This document shows, piece by piece, positions 31,952-41,252 of a stretch of DNA of 64,000 bases (position 1 is its first letter; each line of letters starts with the position of its first letter). The notes under the pieces are model-generated. The model saw only the letters and a list, made by a program, of their open reading frames with translations, did no database searches and had not been told where the DNA came from. This DNA comes from an uncultured Prevotella sp. Lineage in GTDB: Bacteria > Bacteroidota > Bacteroidia > Bacteroidales > Bacteroidaceae. The DNA is taken from NCBI GenBank assembly GCA_900315695.1, contig ONAE01000005.1:1468-65467 (forward strand). Reading direction: 5' to 3'. The translations under genes and the position numbers were made by a program.

Positions 31952-33805
31952 TTAGTTCTCATAATCAATCTCATGATCAAGTTTCTCCAAGAAGTCATCG
32001 AAGACCTCTTTCTCCACATCACCCATGGCATATTCTTTCTCGGCATCCTTGCGGATCTCGGCGATCCAGGCACGACGGGCTTTCACATAATCCTGGTGAA
32101 TCCGTTCACAGGCTGCGGCATCCAGTTCCTCGAGCTGGTAGTAGTCAAGAATCATCTGGTAGCTCCAGGCCCAACGGTAGTCACTGTAACAGTTATGGAT
32201 ATCGGCAAAGCGGTCGAGCACCTGTTGGATATTGTCGATCACACCACCCTTGATGTCCTCAATCAGCCCCTGTTCCTCGCTCTCCGGCAGGAGCAGGCCA
32301 CTCAGATCCACCCACTTGCCCTGGCCGACGGTACTCACCGGTCTGCCCACATACCCTTCTTTCTGAGCACGCTTCAGCACAGCACCCATATAGATACGCA
32401 GGGCGATATCGTAGTACTTCAGACCCTTCCTCAACGACGAGGCATTGATCACATACTCATGGAAATTGTAAGTCGAGACATTGTCACCCGAGGCATGACG
32501 CAGGTCCTTCAGGATCTGGATACCCTCCATGATCTCTCCCACGGTAAAGGGCGAGAGCCAGTCGAAGTTGATGATACTCTTCCGCGACTGCTTCGAACGC
32601 TTGTCACGTTTCGGCCATTTCTTGATATCACGATAGAGACCCACCGTTGTGATGTTTCGGCCAGGCACCAGATAACAGTCGTCACCATAGGCCACGAGAT
32701 AAGAAAACGGCAGGTTACGCGTGTCAGGATGGTGCATCAGCTTACCGAAACACACGGAGAACGCACCAATCGTTGCAGGCATCAGGATATAGGCGCCAGA
32801 GGCTGTCTTCGTGCCACGCTCCAGGGTACCGTAGTGCAGCGGTCCCATCTTATAGGCGTGGTTAGAGAAGTTGGTGTTAGAACCGGCGTTATAGAACGAG
32901 AACTCCCCACCGATCAGCAGAGAACTCTTATGATGCGAGGCGCTGAAAGGTCCGCAGAAGGCGGCACAGGCCTCACCATTGGCCATGAAGGAATTGGCAA
33001 AGAACAGGCTCGCCTCAGCCGTAAAGCCATTCGTGATCTGACAGGCCTCACCCACGAAACAGTCCTGCATCTTCACTGAGTTGTTGATCGAACAACCGTC
33101 ACAGATGATCGAGTTCTCACAGATGACACCCGTACCGATAAACACCGGGGCATCCATCGAACTCATCACCGTACACTCCGAGAGTCGAGCCGCACCACTG
33201 ATCTCACAGTCACCCTTGATGATCGTGTTGGTGATATCCTTCGCATTGATGATCTTCACATTATTGCCGATAAAGCCACGCTCGGGACGCGACACACGGA
33301 GCTCATCTTCAATCATCTGCTGGAGGGCTTTCTTCAGCACCTTGTCACAGTCATGCTTCACCATGAAAGCCGCCAACTGACTGTTCAGCTCACGGAAGAT
33401 CGTCACATTACCGTCACCCATCTCATTGAGTACGGAGATGACCGAACCCTCACCATAGGTGGCGTCATCGGTTGTCTCCAACGTACAGATGTTCGAGATG
33501 TAACAGTCGTTACCAATGGTATAGTTGTTGATATAGTTACCCACCTTCTCGATCAGACAGTCGTTGCCCACCGTCACATTCCGCAACGTGGCATCATTGA
33601 TACCAGAATGCTTCACGAAGCCCTTGGACACCTCAACCATCTTCTCGAAGGAGCCGAGACGGATATCCCCATAGAATATCACACGATGGAAGTTATAGGG
33701 ACGGAACCCTTCTGCTACCATAACTCGCTGCCAGTCCTCAGCCCAGCAGACATTATTTTCCAGGACCTCAATCTCAGCCTGTGTTAAGTTTCTGTAATTA
33801 CTCAT
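31952..33805 (-). CDS. DUF4954 family protein
   Basis: Left-handed beta-helix-like repeats, ASHHKSSLLIGG and NFSNHAYKMGP motifs. Start at MSNYR. Confidence 0.8.
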   Translation of the reverse strand: MSNYRNLTQAEIEVLENNVCWAEDWQRVMVAEGFRPYNFHRVIFYGDIRLGSFEKMVEVSKGFVKHSGINDATLRNVTVGNDCLIEKVGNYINNYTIGNDCYISNICTLETTDDATYGEGSVISVLNEMGDGNVTIFRELNSQLAAFMVKHDCDKVLKKALQQMIEDELRVSRPERGFIGNNVKIINAKDITNTIIKGDCEISGAARLSECTVMSSMDAPVFIGTGVICENSIICDGCSINNSVKMQDCFVGEACQITNGFTAEASLFFANSFMANGEACAAFCGPFSASHHKSSLLIGGEFSFYNAGSNTNFSNHAYKMGPLHYGTLERGTKTASGAYILMPATIGAFSVCFGKLMHHPDTRNLPFSYLVAYGDDCYLVPGRNITTVGLYRDIKKWPKRDKRSKQSRKSIINFDWLSPFTVGEIMEGIQILKDLRHASGDNVSTYNFHEYVINASSLRKGLKYYDIALRIYMGAVLKRAQKEGYVGRPVSTVGQGKWVDLSGLLLPESEEQGLIEDIKGGVIDNIQQVLDRFADIHNCYSDYRWAWSYQMILDYYQLEELDAAACERIHQDYVKARRAWIAEIRKDAEKEYAMGDVEKEVFDDFLEKLDHEIDYEN

Positions 33806-35060
33806 AATCTTGATATAGGAAATCGTTATACGGATATTTTTGTACATGGAGTTCACGCACCCGCTTATAGAGGATCTCGCGCAACTCGTCAATATTCTCT
33901 TTCTGCTTCGCCGAGATAAACAAGCACTCCAGGTATCTCTGGTTCTCGCTACTCTTTGCCATCCAGGTCTTCTTCAGATCGTCGAGCGTATAGTTCTCCT
34001 TCGTCAAGGGTGTCAGGTCGTCGGCCTCCTTCTCCACCCACGTATAGGCATCGATCTTGTTGAACACCAACATAGCGGGTTTGTCGGCGCATCCCAGGTC
34101 TTTCAGGGTCTCCTCCACCACACGGATCTGTTCCTCGAAGTCGGGGTGTGAGATATCCACCACATGCACGAGCAGATCAGCCTCACGCACCTCGTCGAGG
34201 GTACTCTTGAAACTCTCCACCAGGTCGGAGGGCAACTTCCGAATAAAGCCCACCGTATCCGCCAGGAGGAAGGGCAGGTTGTCGATGGTCATCTTCCGCA
34301 CCGTCGTGTCGAGGGTGGCGAAGAGCTTGTTCTCGGCAAACACCTCACTCTTGGCGAGCAGGTTCATCATCGTACTCTTACCCACGTTGGTATAGCCCAC
34401 GAGGGCGACACGGATCAGGCGCCCTCTGTTCTTCCGCTGGGTAGTCTTCTGCTGGTCGATCTCTGCCAGGCGCTGTTTCAACAGGGTGATACGCTGCAGG
34501 ATGATACGACGGTCCATCTCCAACTGCGTCTCACCCGGTCCACGCAGACCGACAGAGCCTTTACCGCCACCAGAGCCGGATCCACCACCCTGGCGCTCCA
34601 GGTGTGTCCACAGACGTTGCAGTCGGGGCAGCATATAGCGGTGCTGCGCCAGTTCCACCTGCGCCTTGGCCTCTGCGGTCTGGGCACGCATGGCGAAGAT
34701 ATCCAGAATCAGAGAGGTACGGTCGAGGATCTTCACCTGCAGTTCCTGTTCGATGTTCCGGATCTGCTTGGCAGAGAGCTCATCGTCGAAGATCACCATA
34801 CCCACCGGGTCTTCGGCATCTTCCCGTTGCTTGATATACGCTTTGATCTCCTGGAGTTTACCGCTTCCCACATAGGTTGTCTGACTCGGTCCGCCCACCT
34901 TCTGGGTAAACCGTTTCACGGTGACAGCCCCAGCTGTATCAGCGAGGAACTCCAGTTCGTCGAGATATTCTTTAGTCTTGGCCTCGTCCTGCTCCTTGGT
35001 GATGAGTCCGACCAGCACCGCCGTCTCAGCCTTAGCCTCTGATATTACAAATTCTTTCAT
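33798..35060 (-). CDS. hflX: GTPase HflX
   Basis: ILDIFA, RGPGETQLE, GYTNVGKST, LFATLDTT and DTVGFI motifs. Confidence 0.96.
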   Translation of the reverse strand: MKEFVISEAKAETAVLVGLITKEQDEAKTKEYLDELEFLADTAGAVTVKRFTQKVGGPSQTTYVGSGKLQEIKAYIKQREDAEDPVGMVIFDDELSAKQIRNIEQELQVKILDRTSLILDIFAMRAQTAEAKAQVELAQHRYMLPRLQRLWTHLERQGGGSGSGGGKGSVGLRGPGETQLEMDRRIILQRITLLKQRLAEIDQQKTTQRKNRGRLIRVALVGYTNVGKSTMMNLLAKSEVFAENKLFATLDTTVRKMTIDNLPFLLADTVGFIRKLPSDLVESFKSTLDEVREADLLVHVVDISHPDFEEQIRVVEETLKDLGCADKPAMLVFNKIDAYTWVEKEADDLTPLTKENYTLDDLKKTWMAKSSENQRYLECLFISAKQKENIDELREILYKRVRELHVQKYPYNDFLYQDYE

Positions 35061-35101
35061 ATTGTCTGCAAAGATAGCGAATTATCTTTGCGGCAAAAAA
35101 A

Positions 35102-35129
35102 AATCCGTGTTAATCCGTGTTAATCCGTG
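35102..35129. repeat. 10-bp tandem repeat (AATCCGTGTT) x3, third copy incomplete
   Basis: aatccgtgttaatccgtgttaatccgtg read directly. Confidence 0.9.
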
Positions 35130-35194
35130 CTTAAAAAAAATATTTCATTGTATTTTTGCAGCAGAATAACAAATAAAACTAAAAAACAAACATT

Positions 35195-35989
35195 ATGAGA
35201 GTAATTATTCAGAACGACTATCAGAAGATGTCACAGTGGGCAGCAAACCACGTCATCACGTGTATCAACAAGTTCAATCCGACACCCGATCACAAGTTTG
35301 TGCTGGGTCTGCCGACCGGTTCTTCTCCTGTAGGGATGTATAACGCCCTCGTCGAGGCCAACCGTGCCGGAAAAGTCTCTTTCAAGAACGTGATCACTTT
35401 CAACATGGACGAGTATGTCGGTTTGCCTGAGGCCCATCCCGAGAGCTATCATGCTTTCATGGCCCGCAACCTCTTCGACCATATCGACTGTCCGAAGGAG
35501 AACATCCACATCCTGAATGGTAATGCCCCCGACCTCGTGGCCGAGTGCAGGCACTATGAGGAGATGATCCAGCAGGCAGGCGGCATCGACCTGTTCATCG
35601 GTGGTATCGGCCCTGACGGTCACATCGCTTTCAACGAGCCCGGCTCTTCCCTGCGCTCCAGAACCCGTATGAAGACGCTGACCACCGACACCCGTATAGC
35701 CAACTCCCGTTTCTTCGGCGGTAAACCCGAGAACGTACCCGCTCACGCCCTGACCGTAGGTGTTGGCACCGTGATGGATGCCCGTGAGGTGATGATCCTA
35801 GTGAACGGTCATGGCAAGGCCCGCGCCCTGCAGGCAGCCATCGAGGGGTCCGTGAACCACATGTGGACCATCTCTGCCCTTCAGATGCACGAGCATGGCA
35901 TCATCGTCTGCGACGAAGAGGCTGCCGACGAGCTGAAGGTCTCTACCTATAAATACTTCAAGGACATCGAACAGGACGAGATACTGTAG
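35195..35989 (+). CDS. nagB: Glucosamine-6-phosphate deaminase
   Basis: [30 protein letters not shown] and ALTVGVGT motifs. Confidence 0.97.
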   Translation: MRVIIQNDYQKMSQWAANHVITCINKFNPTPDHKFVLGLPTGSSPVGMYNALVEANRAGKVSFKNVITFNMDEYVGLPEAHPESYHAFMARNLFDHIDCPKENIHILNGNAPDLVAECRHYEEMIQQAGGIDLFIGGIGPDGHIAFNEPGSSLRSRTRMKTLTTDTRIANSRFFGGKPENVPAHALTVGVGTVMDAREVMILVNGHGKARALQAAIEGSVNHMWTISALQMHEHGIIVCDEEAADELKVSTYKYFKDIEQDEIL

Positions 35990-36014
35990 AACATTAAACA
36001 TTAAATTTCAGTTA

Positions 36015-36062
36015 AAAAATCCCGAAATCATTTGGTGGTTTCGGGATTTTTGTTTACTTTTG
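36015..36062 (+). terminator. Hairpin terminator overlapping the next gene's promoter
   Basis: 13-bp stem 36015-36027/36039-36051; TTTG in the loop (36031), 20-bp spacer, TACTTTTG (36055). Confidence 0.7.
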
Positions 36063-36103
36063 CAGCCAGTAATCATTAAGTCTAACTCTATTAAAGACAA
36101 CTT

Positions 36104-37384
36104 ATGAAAACATTAAGTATGATTTGTATGACCGCAATGTGCGGTGTGTTAACCCTCAGCAGCTGTTCTGAGGAAGTGATGAACATGGAAGGTCCTTCAA
36201 CCGACTCAGGAGCGGGACAGTCCCAACTACGTGTGACCACCCGTGGAGACGGAGACACGCCTTTCCAGAGTCGGCTCTATGTCTTCAACGCTGCCGACCA
36301 GTGTGTGCAGCAACTGTCGCCCGATGCCAACGGGCAGTTGGTAACCACCACCCTGCCGGCAGGTACCTATGACCTCTATGGCATCGGCAGTGACGATCTC
36401 TCTCATTTTGTCTGGCCCAGTGCGGATGATGCCATACCTACGATGGCGATCACAGTAGCGGAAGGACAACCAATGGGCGACCTGATGATGGGACATGAGA
36501 CGATCACCCTGAGCGATGGCGACCATGAGACTTTGGACATCCAACTGACACGAAAGGTCACCCATGTCAACAGCATCCTCATCCATGAGGTGCCCGATGA
36601 AGTGGAACAGGTGAGCGTAGCTGTCAGTCCGATGTACCAGTCTATCCTGCTTAACGGTACCCTCGCTGATCCGAGTGGCACTTACACTGTAAACCTGATG
36701 GATCTGGGCTCAGGCGACTGGGGCGCAACCCCCGACGAGATCATCCTGCCCAGTCTGGACAAACCCACCATCACGATCACGTTCACCAAAGCCACCACCA
36801 ACAAATCCTATACCTATGCCGCTGCCCACCCCATCAAACCGAATACCCACCTCACGCTGGAAGGTACGTTTACGGGGTTGCAAGGAATAGTGCTGACGGC
36901 CACGATGAGCGGTCAGGACTGGGAGCCTACCCCTAACGACCTGTCCTTCGACTTCGATGAGTTCCCCATTGCCGGTCAGCCCTATCAGGGTTATTTCGTG
37001 GTGGCCAGCGACCCCGCCCACCGTACCGCAACCCTGTTACACGACACACGAGTCAGTTATACGGCGCCAGCCAACAACACACAGGCCAATTGGTTGGCAG
37101 CCATCAATGCTGCTATGAACAGCCTGGCCACGCCCGCCTTTGCAGGAGCCAACGCCCTGTGGCGTCTGCCTACAGAAGCTGAGTGTCAGGTTTTCTCCAA
37201 AAATACGGATTATGTGATGTCGTTCAGCCCGACCAACGGGTACGGTTATTTTTACTTTTATCAGAACGACGCCACCTTAAAATGGGGCGGCTATCAGGAT
37301 ACCGGCAGCGCATTGAATTACGTGAATGGCACCACCTTTATCCCGGGCATAGTGCTTCAGCCCGTGATTGATATCACTTATTGA
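36104..37384 (+). CDS. FimB/Mfa2-like (type V pilin-type) lipoprotein
   Basis: Lipobox LSSC, processing Arg in VTTRG, RLYVF, LPAGTYDLY and IQLTRKV; C-terminal WRLPT motif. Confidence 0.7.
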   Translation: MKTLSMICMTAMCGVLTLSSCSEEVMNMEGPSTDSGAGQSQLRVTTRGDGDTPFQSRLYVFNAADQCVQQLSPDANGQLVTTTLPAGTYDLYGIGSDDLSHFVWPSADDAIPTMAITVAEGQPMGDLMMGHETITLSDGDHETLDIQLTRKVTHVNSILIHEVPDEVEQVSVAVSPMYQSILLNGTLADPSGTYTVNLMDLGSGDWGATPDEIILPSLDKPTITITFTKATTNKSYTYAAAHPIKPNTHLTLEGTFTGLQGIVLTATMSGQDWEPTPNDLSFDFDEFPIAGQPYQGYFVVASDPAHRTATLLHDTRVSYTAPANNTQANWLAAINAAMNSLATPAFAGANALWRLPTEAECQVFSKNTDYVMSFSPTNGYGYFYFYQNDATLKWGGYQDTGSALNYVNGTTFIPGIVLQPVIDITY

Positions 37385-37430
37385 GCCTATTGAAACAGCG
37401 GGACAGGGGAACATCGGGACTGTAATTTTT

Positions 37431-38498
37431 TTATGTCTCTGAGAAATGGAAGAAGCGTGTCAGCATCGTGGCGAGCCGGCTCTCGCGGTTGTCGATAAAG
37501 GCATCCAGGATGCGCGTCTTGCCCTGTTGCGGCAGGACATCGAAATCGGCAATGGCCGCCGGAATCAGCGTACTATGCCCCGCTTTCAGCAGCACCTCAT
37601 CTCCCGTACTTCGCACATGGATCACGCAATTGCCCTCGATGCACATCGTGATGATGAAACTGTCATATTTGCGCAGGTCGCGGTGGAATGGTTTCGATAC
37701 CTCCATCACCCGCACATCGAAATAAGGGGTGTCGATGATCTGCGTGGCGCGGTTGGCGGTCTCCGGATACACGGTACGATAGTTCTGCTCCACATGGAAG
37801 TCGAGTGCCTGAGCCGCCAGTTCCGTATGGAGCTCACGCGGTTTCCCGTCGAGTCCCGGGCGGTTGTAGTCAAAGATTCTGTAGGTCACATCCGACGACT
37901 GCTGCACCTCAGCCAGAAGGATTCCGCCGCAGATGGCATGCACACGGCCGGCCGGCAGATAGAACACGTCGCCCGCCTTCACCTGGTGATCGGCCAGCAC
38001 CTCGGTGATGGTGCCATCCGCCACCCGCTTCTGGTATTCATAGGGCGTAATCTCCTGTTTGAAACCCGCATAGAGGTGGGCACCCTTCTCTGCCTTGATG
38101 ACATACCACATCTCCGACTTGCCCATCTTCCCGTGCTCGCGCATCGCCATCTCGTCGTTGGGATGCACCTGGATACTCAAGTCCTTCTTGGCATCGATAA
38201 ACTTCACCAGCAGGGGCAGTTGGCTGTGATATTTCCGGTTCACCGCCTTGCCCAGGATAGACTCGGGCATCTCTTTGAGCACAAAGCCCAGGTCCAAACC
38301 TTTCCAGAGACCATTACTCACCACGCTCATACTGGTGGGCACGGCACTCACCTCCCAGCTCTCCCCTATCGGTTCGTCGGAAGGGGGCATTCCCTTATAA
38401 GGCCTGAGCTGCGATCCGCCCCACACGACGGTGTGGAGGTTTGGTTCAAACAGCATCGGATACAGCAGCGCCTGTTCGTTTAACTTTGATTCATTCAT
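37431..38498 (-). CDS. Type I mannose-6-phosphate isomerase
   Basis: VWGG, IGESWE, PLLVKFIDAKKDLSIQVHP, GRVHAI and EVQQSSDVTYR motifs. Confidence 0.92.
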   Translation of the reverse strand: MNESKLNEQALLYPMLFEPNLHTVVWGGSQLRPYKGMPPSDEPIGESWEVSAVPTSMSVVSNGLWKGLDLGFVLKEMPESILGKAVNRKYHSQLPLLVKFIDAKKDLSIQVHPNDEMAMREHGKMGKSEMWYVIKAEKGAHLYAGFKQEITPYEYQKRVADGTITEVLADHQVKAGDVFYLPAGRVHAICGGILLAEVQQSSDVTYRIFDYNRPGLDGKPRELHTELAAQALDFHVEQNYRTVYPETANRATQIIDTPYFDVRVMEVSKPFHRDLRKYDSFIITMCIEGNCVIHVRSTGDEVLLKAGHSTLIPAAIADFDVLPQQGKTRILDAFIDNRESRLATMLTRFFHFSET

Positions 38499-38583
38499 TC
38501 TGGTTGCAAAGATAGAACAATTTTTCGATAAAGCGAAGAGAAATCAAGAAAAAGTTGAAACTTCCCCCCCCAACTACATACCC

Positions 38584-38597
38584 TTGTCATCCTGACC
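38584..38597 (+). repeat. Left arm of 14-bp inverted repeat
   Basis: ttgtcatcctgacc; reverse complement of 40123-40136 with one mismatch. Confidence 0.7.
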
Positions 38598-38779
38598 AAG
38601 CAAAGCGAGTAGAGAGATATCTGAATACTAAGAGCAGGCCCCAACATGCACTTTTGAATACATTCCCTTTTAAAATCACAAGAAAAGTTAGTTTGGTGTC
38701 GCCAATATGTTTTCTATAACAAAAAGAATCGGCTCTGTCCGTTAGAACAAGTGCCACTTTTTAATTATCTATCACCACA

Positions 38780-38818
38780 ATCACTCATATCAGATCAATA
38801 TGTTCTGATATGAGTGAT
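38780..38818. terminator. Perfect 15-bp inverted repeat downstream of rfbC
   Basis: atcactcatatcaga-N9-tctgatatgagtgat. The terminator role is uncertain. Confidence 0.5.
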
Positions 38819-38911
38819 GATATTTGCAAAATTTTAAGGAACTATCTATTTCATTAAGATTTCTTGGGCTAGAGGCATAGTCGAGCGCTCAATTGCACTC
38901 AAAAGAACAAA

Positions 38912-39469
38912 TTACGTTAAGTTGAAGGGAGAATCGAAATCCTTCAAGAAAGGGTGTTTGGTATCTTTTTCGGAAAGGATGGCTTGATCTGTAGGAATGC
39001 GCCAATCGATGTTGAGGGTTTTATCTAAGATATTGATGCCTCCCTCGGATTCGGGATGATAGAATTCATCGCATTTGTATTGAAACACGGCTGTTCCGCT
39101 TAGTACGGCAAAACCATGAGCAAAACCTTTAGGAATAAACATTGACAAATGATTATCTTCAGTCAACTCTACGGCTACATGTTGACCGTAGGTTGGAGAA
39201 CCTTTGCGAATGTCAACAGCGACATCTAAAACTGCACCTTTGACACAGCGGACCAGTTTGGCTTGAGTAAATGGGGGGCGTTGGAAATGGAGACCTCGCA
39301 TTACTCCGTAAGAAGACTTGCTTTCATTGTCTTGAACAAAGACAACTGGGCCAACTTGTTGGTTAAAATCCTTCTGTGAAAAAGATTCAAAGAAGTAGCC
39401 TCGTGAATCTTCAAAGATTCTAGGTCCTAAAATCAACAAACCTTCAATTTTAGTTTTTATTACGTTCAT
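38912..39469 (-). CDS. rfbC: dTDP-4-dehydrorhamnose 3,5-epimerase
   Basis: FEDSRGYFFESF, QDNES, RGLHFQ, VAVDIRKGSPT and GFAHGF motifs. Confidence 0.96.
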   Translation of the reverse strand: MNVIKTKIEGLLILGPRIFEDSRGYFFESFSQKDFNQQVGPVVFVQDNESKSSYGVMRGLHFQRPPFTQAKLVRCVKGAVLDVAVDIRKGSPTYGQHVAVELTEDNHLSMFIPKGFAHGFAVLSGTAVFQYKCDEFYHPESEGGINILDKTLNIDWRIPTDQAILSEKDTKHPFLKDFDSPFNLT

Positions 39470-39487
39470 TTCAAAATGAAGTTAACA

Positions 39488-39992
39488 CATTAGTGTCCCG
39501 TCAAACTTGGGACGAGTTAAATATTAATCAAATAGCCCCAGACTGAGGAGGCGAAATTAGTCTTCGACATCGTTGAAAGTAATCTTTTCGAATAGTTCTC
39601 TGAATGGCGTTTTGTCTGTCAATGATATACTGAGGATCTGCAAAACTTCATAAGTTGAGCGTTCCAGTAGCATGTCATGTTGTACAATAGCCACAAAGAG
39701 TAGGCTGTGAAGGCAGCACTGCTCTAAATCCTGACAGCATTCTCTAGTTTTGGAGATAGGATTCCTTTCCAAGTTAAGATCGTTGTACTATGGTAAGCCC
39801 CAAAACAACAACCAAGTCACGCAGGTTCTCACGATTACTGAGCGAAGACATATTTAGATTTGTTCATATGCAGCCATCTGGTTTGACTGAAAGATACAAA
39901 TAACTCATCACACTCTTAAAAATAATACTCGTAAAAGACTGTATTTCAGCTGTTTCAAAGACCAATTAGCCCACTTAACCAGGACTGTAATG
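39488..39992 (-). mobile_element. Internally deleted IS4-family (DUF4372-type) insertion sequence remnant
   Basis: Transposase N-terminus MNKSKYVFAQ (from 39867), SNRENLRDL fragment, C-terminus VAIVQHDM.LERSTYEVLQILSISLTDKT; imperfect ends CATTAgtGTCC and CATTAcaGTCC. Confidence 0.8.
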
Positions 39993-40122
39993 ATTGGGTA
40001 TTATTTTACCAAAGACAGTGCAAAGATAAGGCTATTTTTTGGATTTACCAAATTATTCTTGTTTAATTATATTTTTTTATGGAGAGCAAGCCCTGCTGCG
40101 ATTAAAAGAATCACTCGACAGC

Positions 40123-40136
40123 GGTCGGGATGACAA
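40123..40136 (-). repeat. Right arm of 14-bp inverted repeat
   Basis: ggtcgggatgacaa, pairs with 38584-38597. Confidence 0.7.
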
Positions 40137-40139
40137 TGT

Positions 40140-41252
40140 TTATATTGTGATTTCGGCGGAGCCGTAGCAGCGGTGGTGGGATTGGTCGTAGAGGACGCAG
40201 AATTGGCCGGGGGCGACGCCGTGGATGGGGGTGGTTGAGTGGATTACAAAAGTATCCTCAGATGTTTGTTCCAAGGTGCCGGGGATGTATTCGGGGGTGT
40301 GGCGGATTTTGAAGGTGATGGGGGTTGGCCCCAGTGCGCTGGGGACATGAGGCGACCTTCTAAAGGGGGCTTGGGTGAGCCAGTGGAGGTCGTGGATGGG
40401 GAAGGAGGTCTTGTAGGCGGAGGCGGGGTTGTAGCCGTGGGAGACGTAGAGGATGTTGTGGGGGACGTCTTTTTTGATGACGAACCAGGGGCCACCAGAG
40501 AAGCCCATGCCCTTGCGCTGGCCGATGGTGTGGAACCAGAGGCCTTTGTGCTCCCCGATGCGACGACCTGTCTCGAATTCGATGACATCGCCCGGGTTCT
40601 CGCCGAGGTAGCGACGGACATAGTCGTTGTAGTTGATTTTTCCCAAAAAGCAGATGCCCTGAGAGTCCTTGCGCTTGGCATTAACCAGGTGCTCACGCTC
40701 TGCAATCTGACGTACCTCATCTTTCATGTAGTGACCAATCGGGAAAATGGCTTTACGCAACTGCCAGTCGTAGATTTGCGCCAGGAAATCGGTCTGATCC
40801 TTGACAGGATCCGGACTGGTGACAAGCCACTTCAGACCTGCCTCATCGATCTCTGTCTGGGCATAGTGGCCGGTGGCAATGAGGTCGTAGTCATGTCCGC
40901 GTTTTTCATCAAACGCACCGAACTTGATGAGTCGGTTGCACATGACATCGGGATTGGGGGTAAAGCCTGCCCGCACCTTCTCCATCGTGTAGCGCGTGAC
41001 CTGTTCCCAGTATTCGCGATGACAGTCGATGACCTCGAGGTTGCACCCATATTTATGGGCCACAGCTGTCGCCATCTCGAGATCCTCTTCAGAGGAGCAG
41101 TCCCACGCTTCCTCTTCCTCAGGACCAATCTTAATATAAAAACAGTCCGGGTGGAGGCCGAGTCGGGCAAACTCATAGACCACCACACTGCTATCGACGC
41201 CTCCTGAGAGGAGGACCGCAATACGTTTAGAATCTAAATCCGAGTGCTGCAT
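40140..41252 (-). CDS. mnmA: tRNA 2-thiouridine(34) synthase
   Basis: SGGVDSS, TPNPDVMCN, ATGHYA, KDQTDFL, KDSQGICF, TIGQRKG and VAPGQ motifs. Start at MQHSD. Confidence 0.95.
   Translation of the reverse strand: MQHSDLDSKRIAVLLSGGVDSSVVVYEFARLGLHPDCFYIKIGPEEEEAWDCSSEEDLEMATAVAHKYGCNLEVIDCHREYWEQVTRYTMEKVRAGFTPNPDVMCNRLIKFGAFDEKRGHDYDLIATGHYAQTEIDEAGLKWLVTSPDPVKDQTDFLAQIYDWQLRKAIFPIGHYMKDEVRQIAEREHLVNAKRKDSQGICFLGKINYNDYVRRYLGENPGDVIEFETGRRIGEHKGLWFHTIGQRKGMGFSGGPWFVIKKDVPHNILYVSHGYNPASAYKTSFPIHDLHWLTQAPFRRSPHVPSALGPTPITFKIRHTPEYIPGTLEQTSEDTFVIHSTTPIHGVAPGQFCVLYDQSHHRCYGSAEITI

Noticed and set aside
35102-35129. Possible CRISPR-like array
   Set aside because: The units are 10 bp with no spacers, and there are no cas genes.
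38564-38571. C8 homopolymer as a phase-variation tract
   Set aside because: It is short, intergenic and upstream of the expected -33 position of the PMI promoter, so there is no clear target.
38600-38760. Short open frame downstream of rfbC (KVALVLTDRADSF...)
   Set aside because: No start codon or recognisable family; a pseudogene call cannot be supported.
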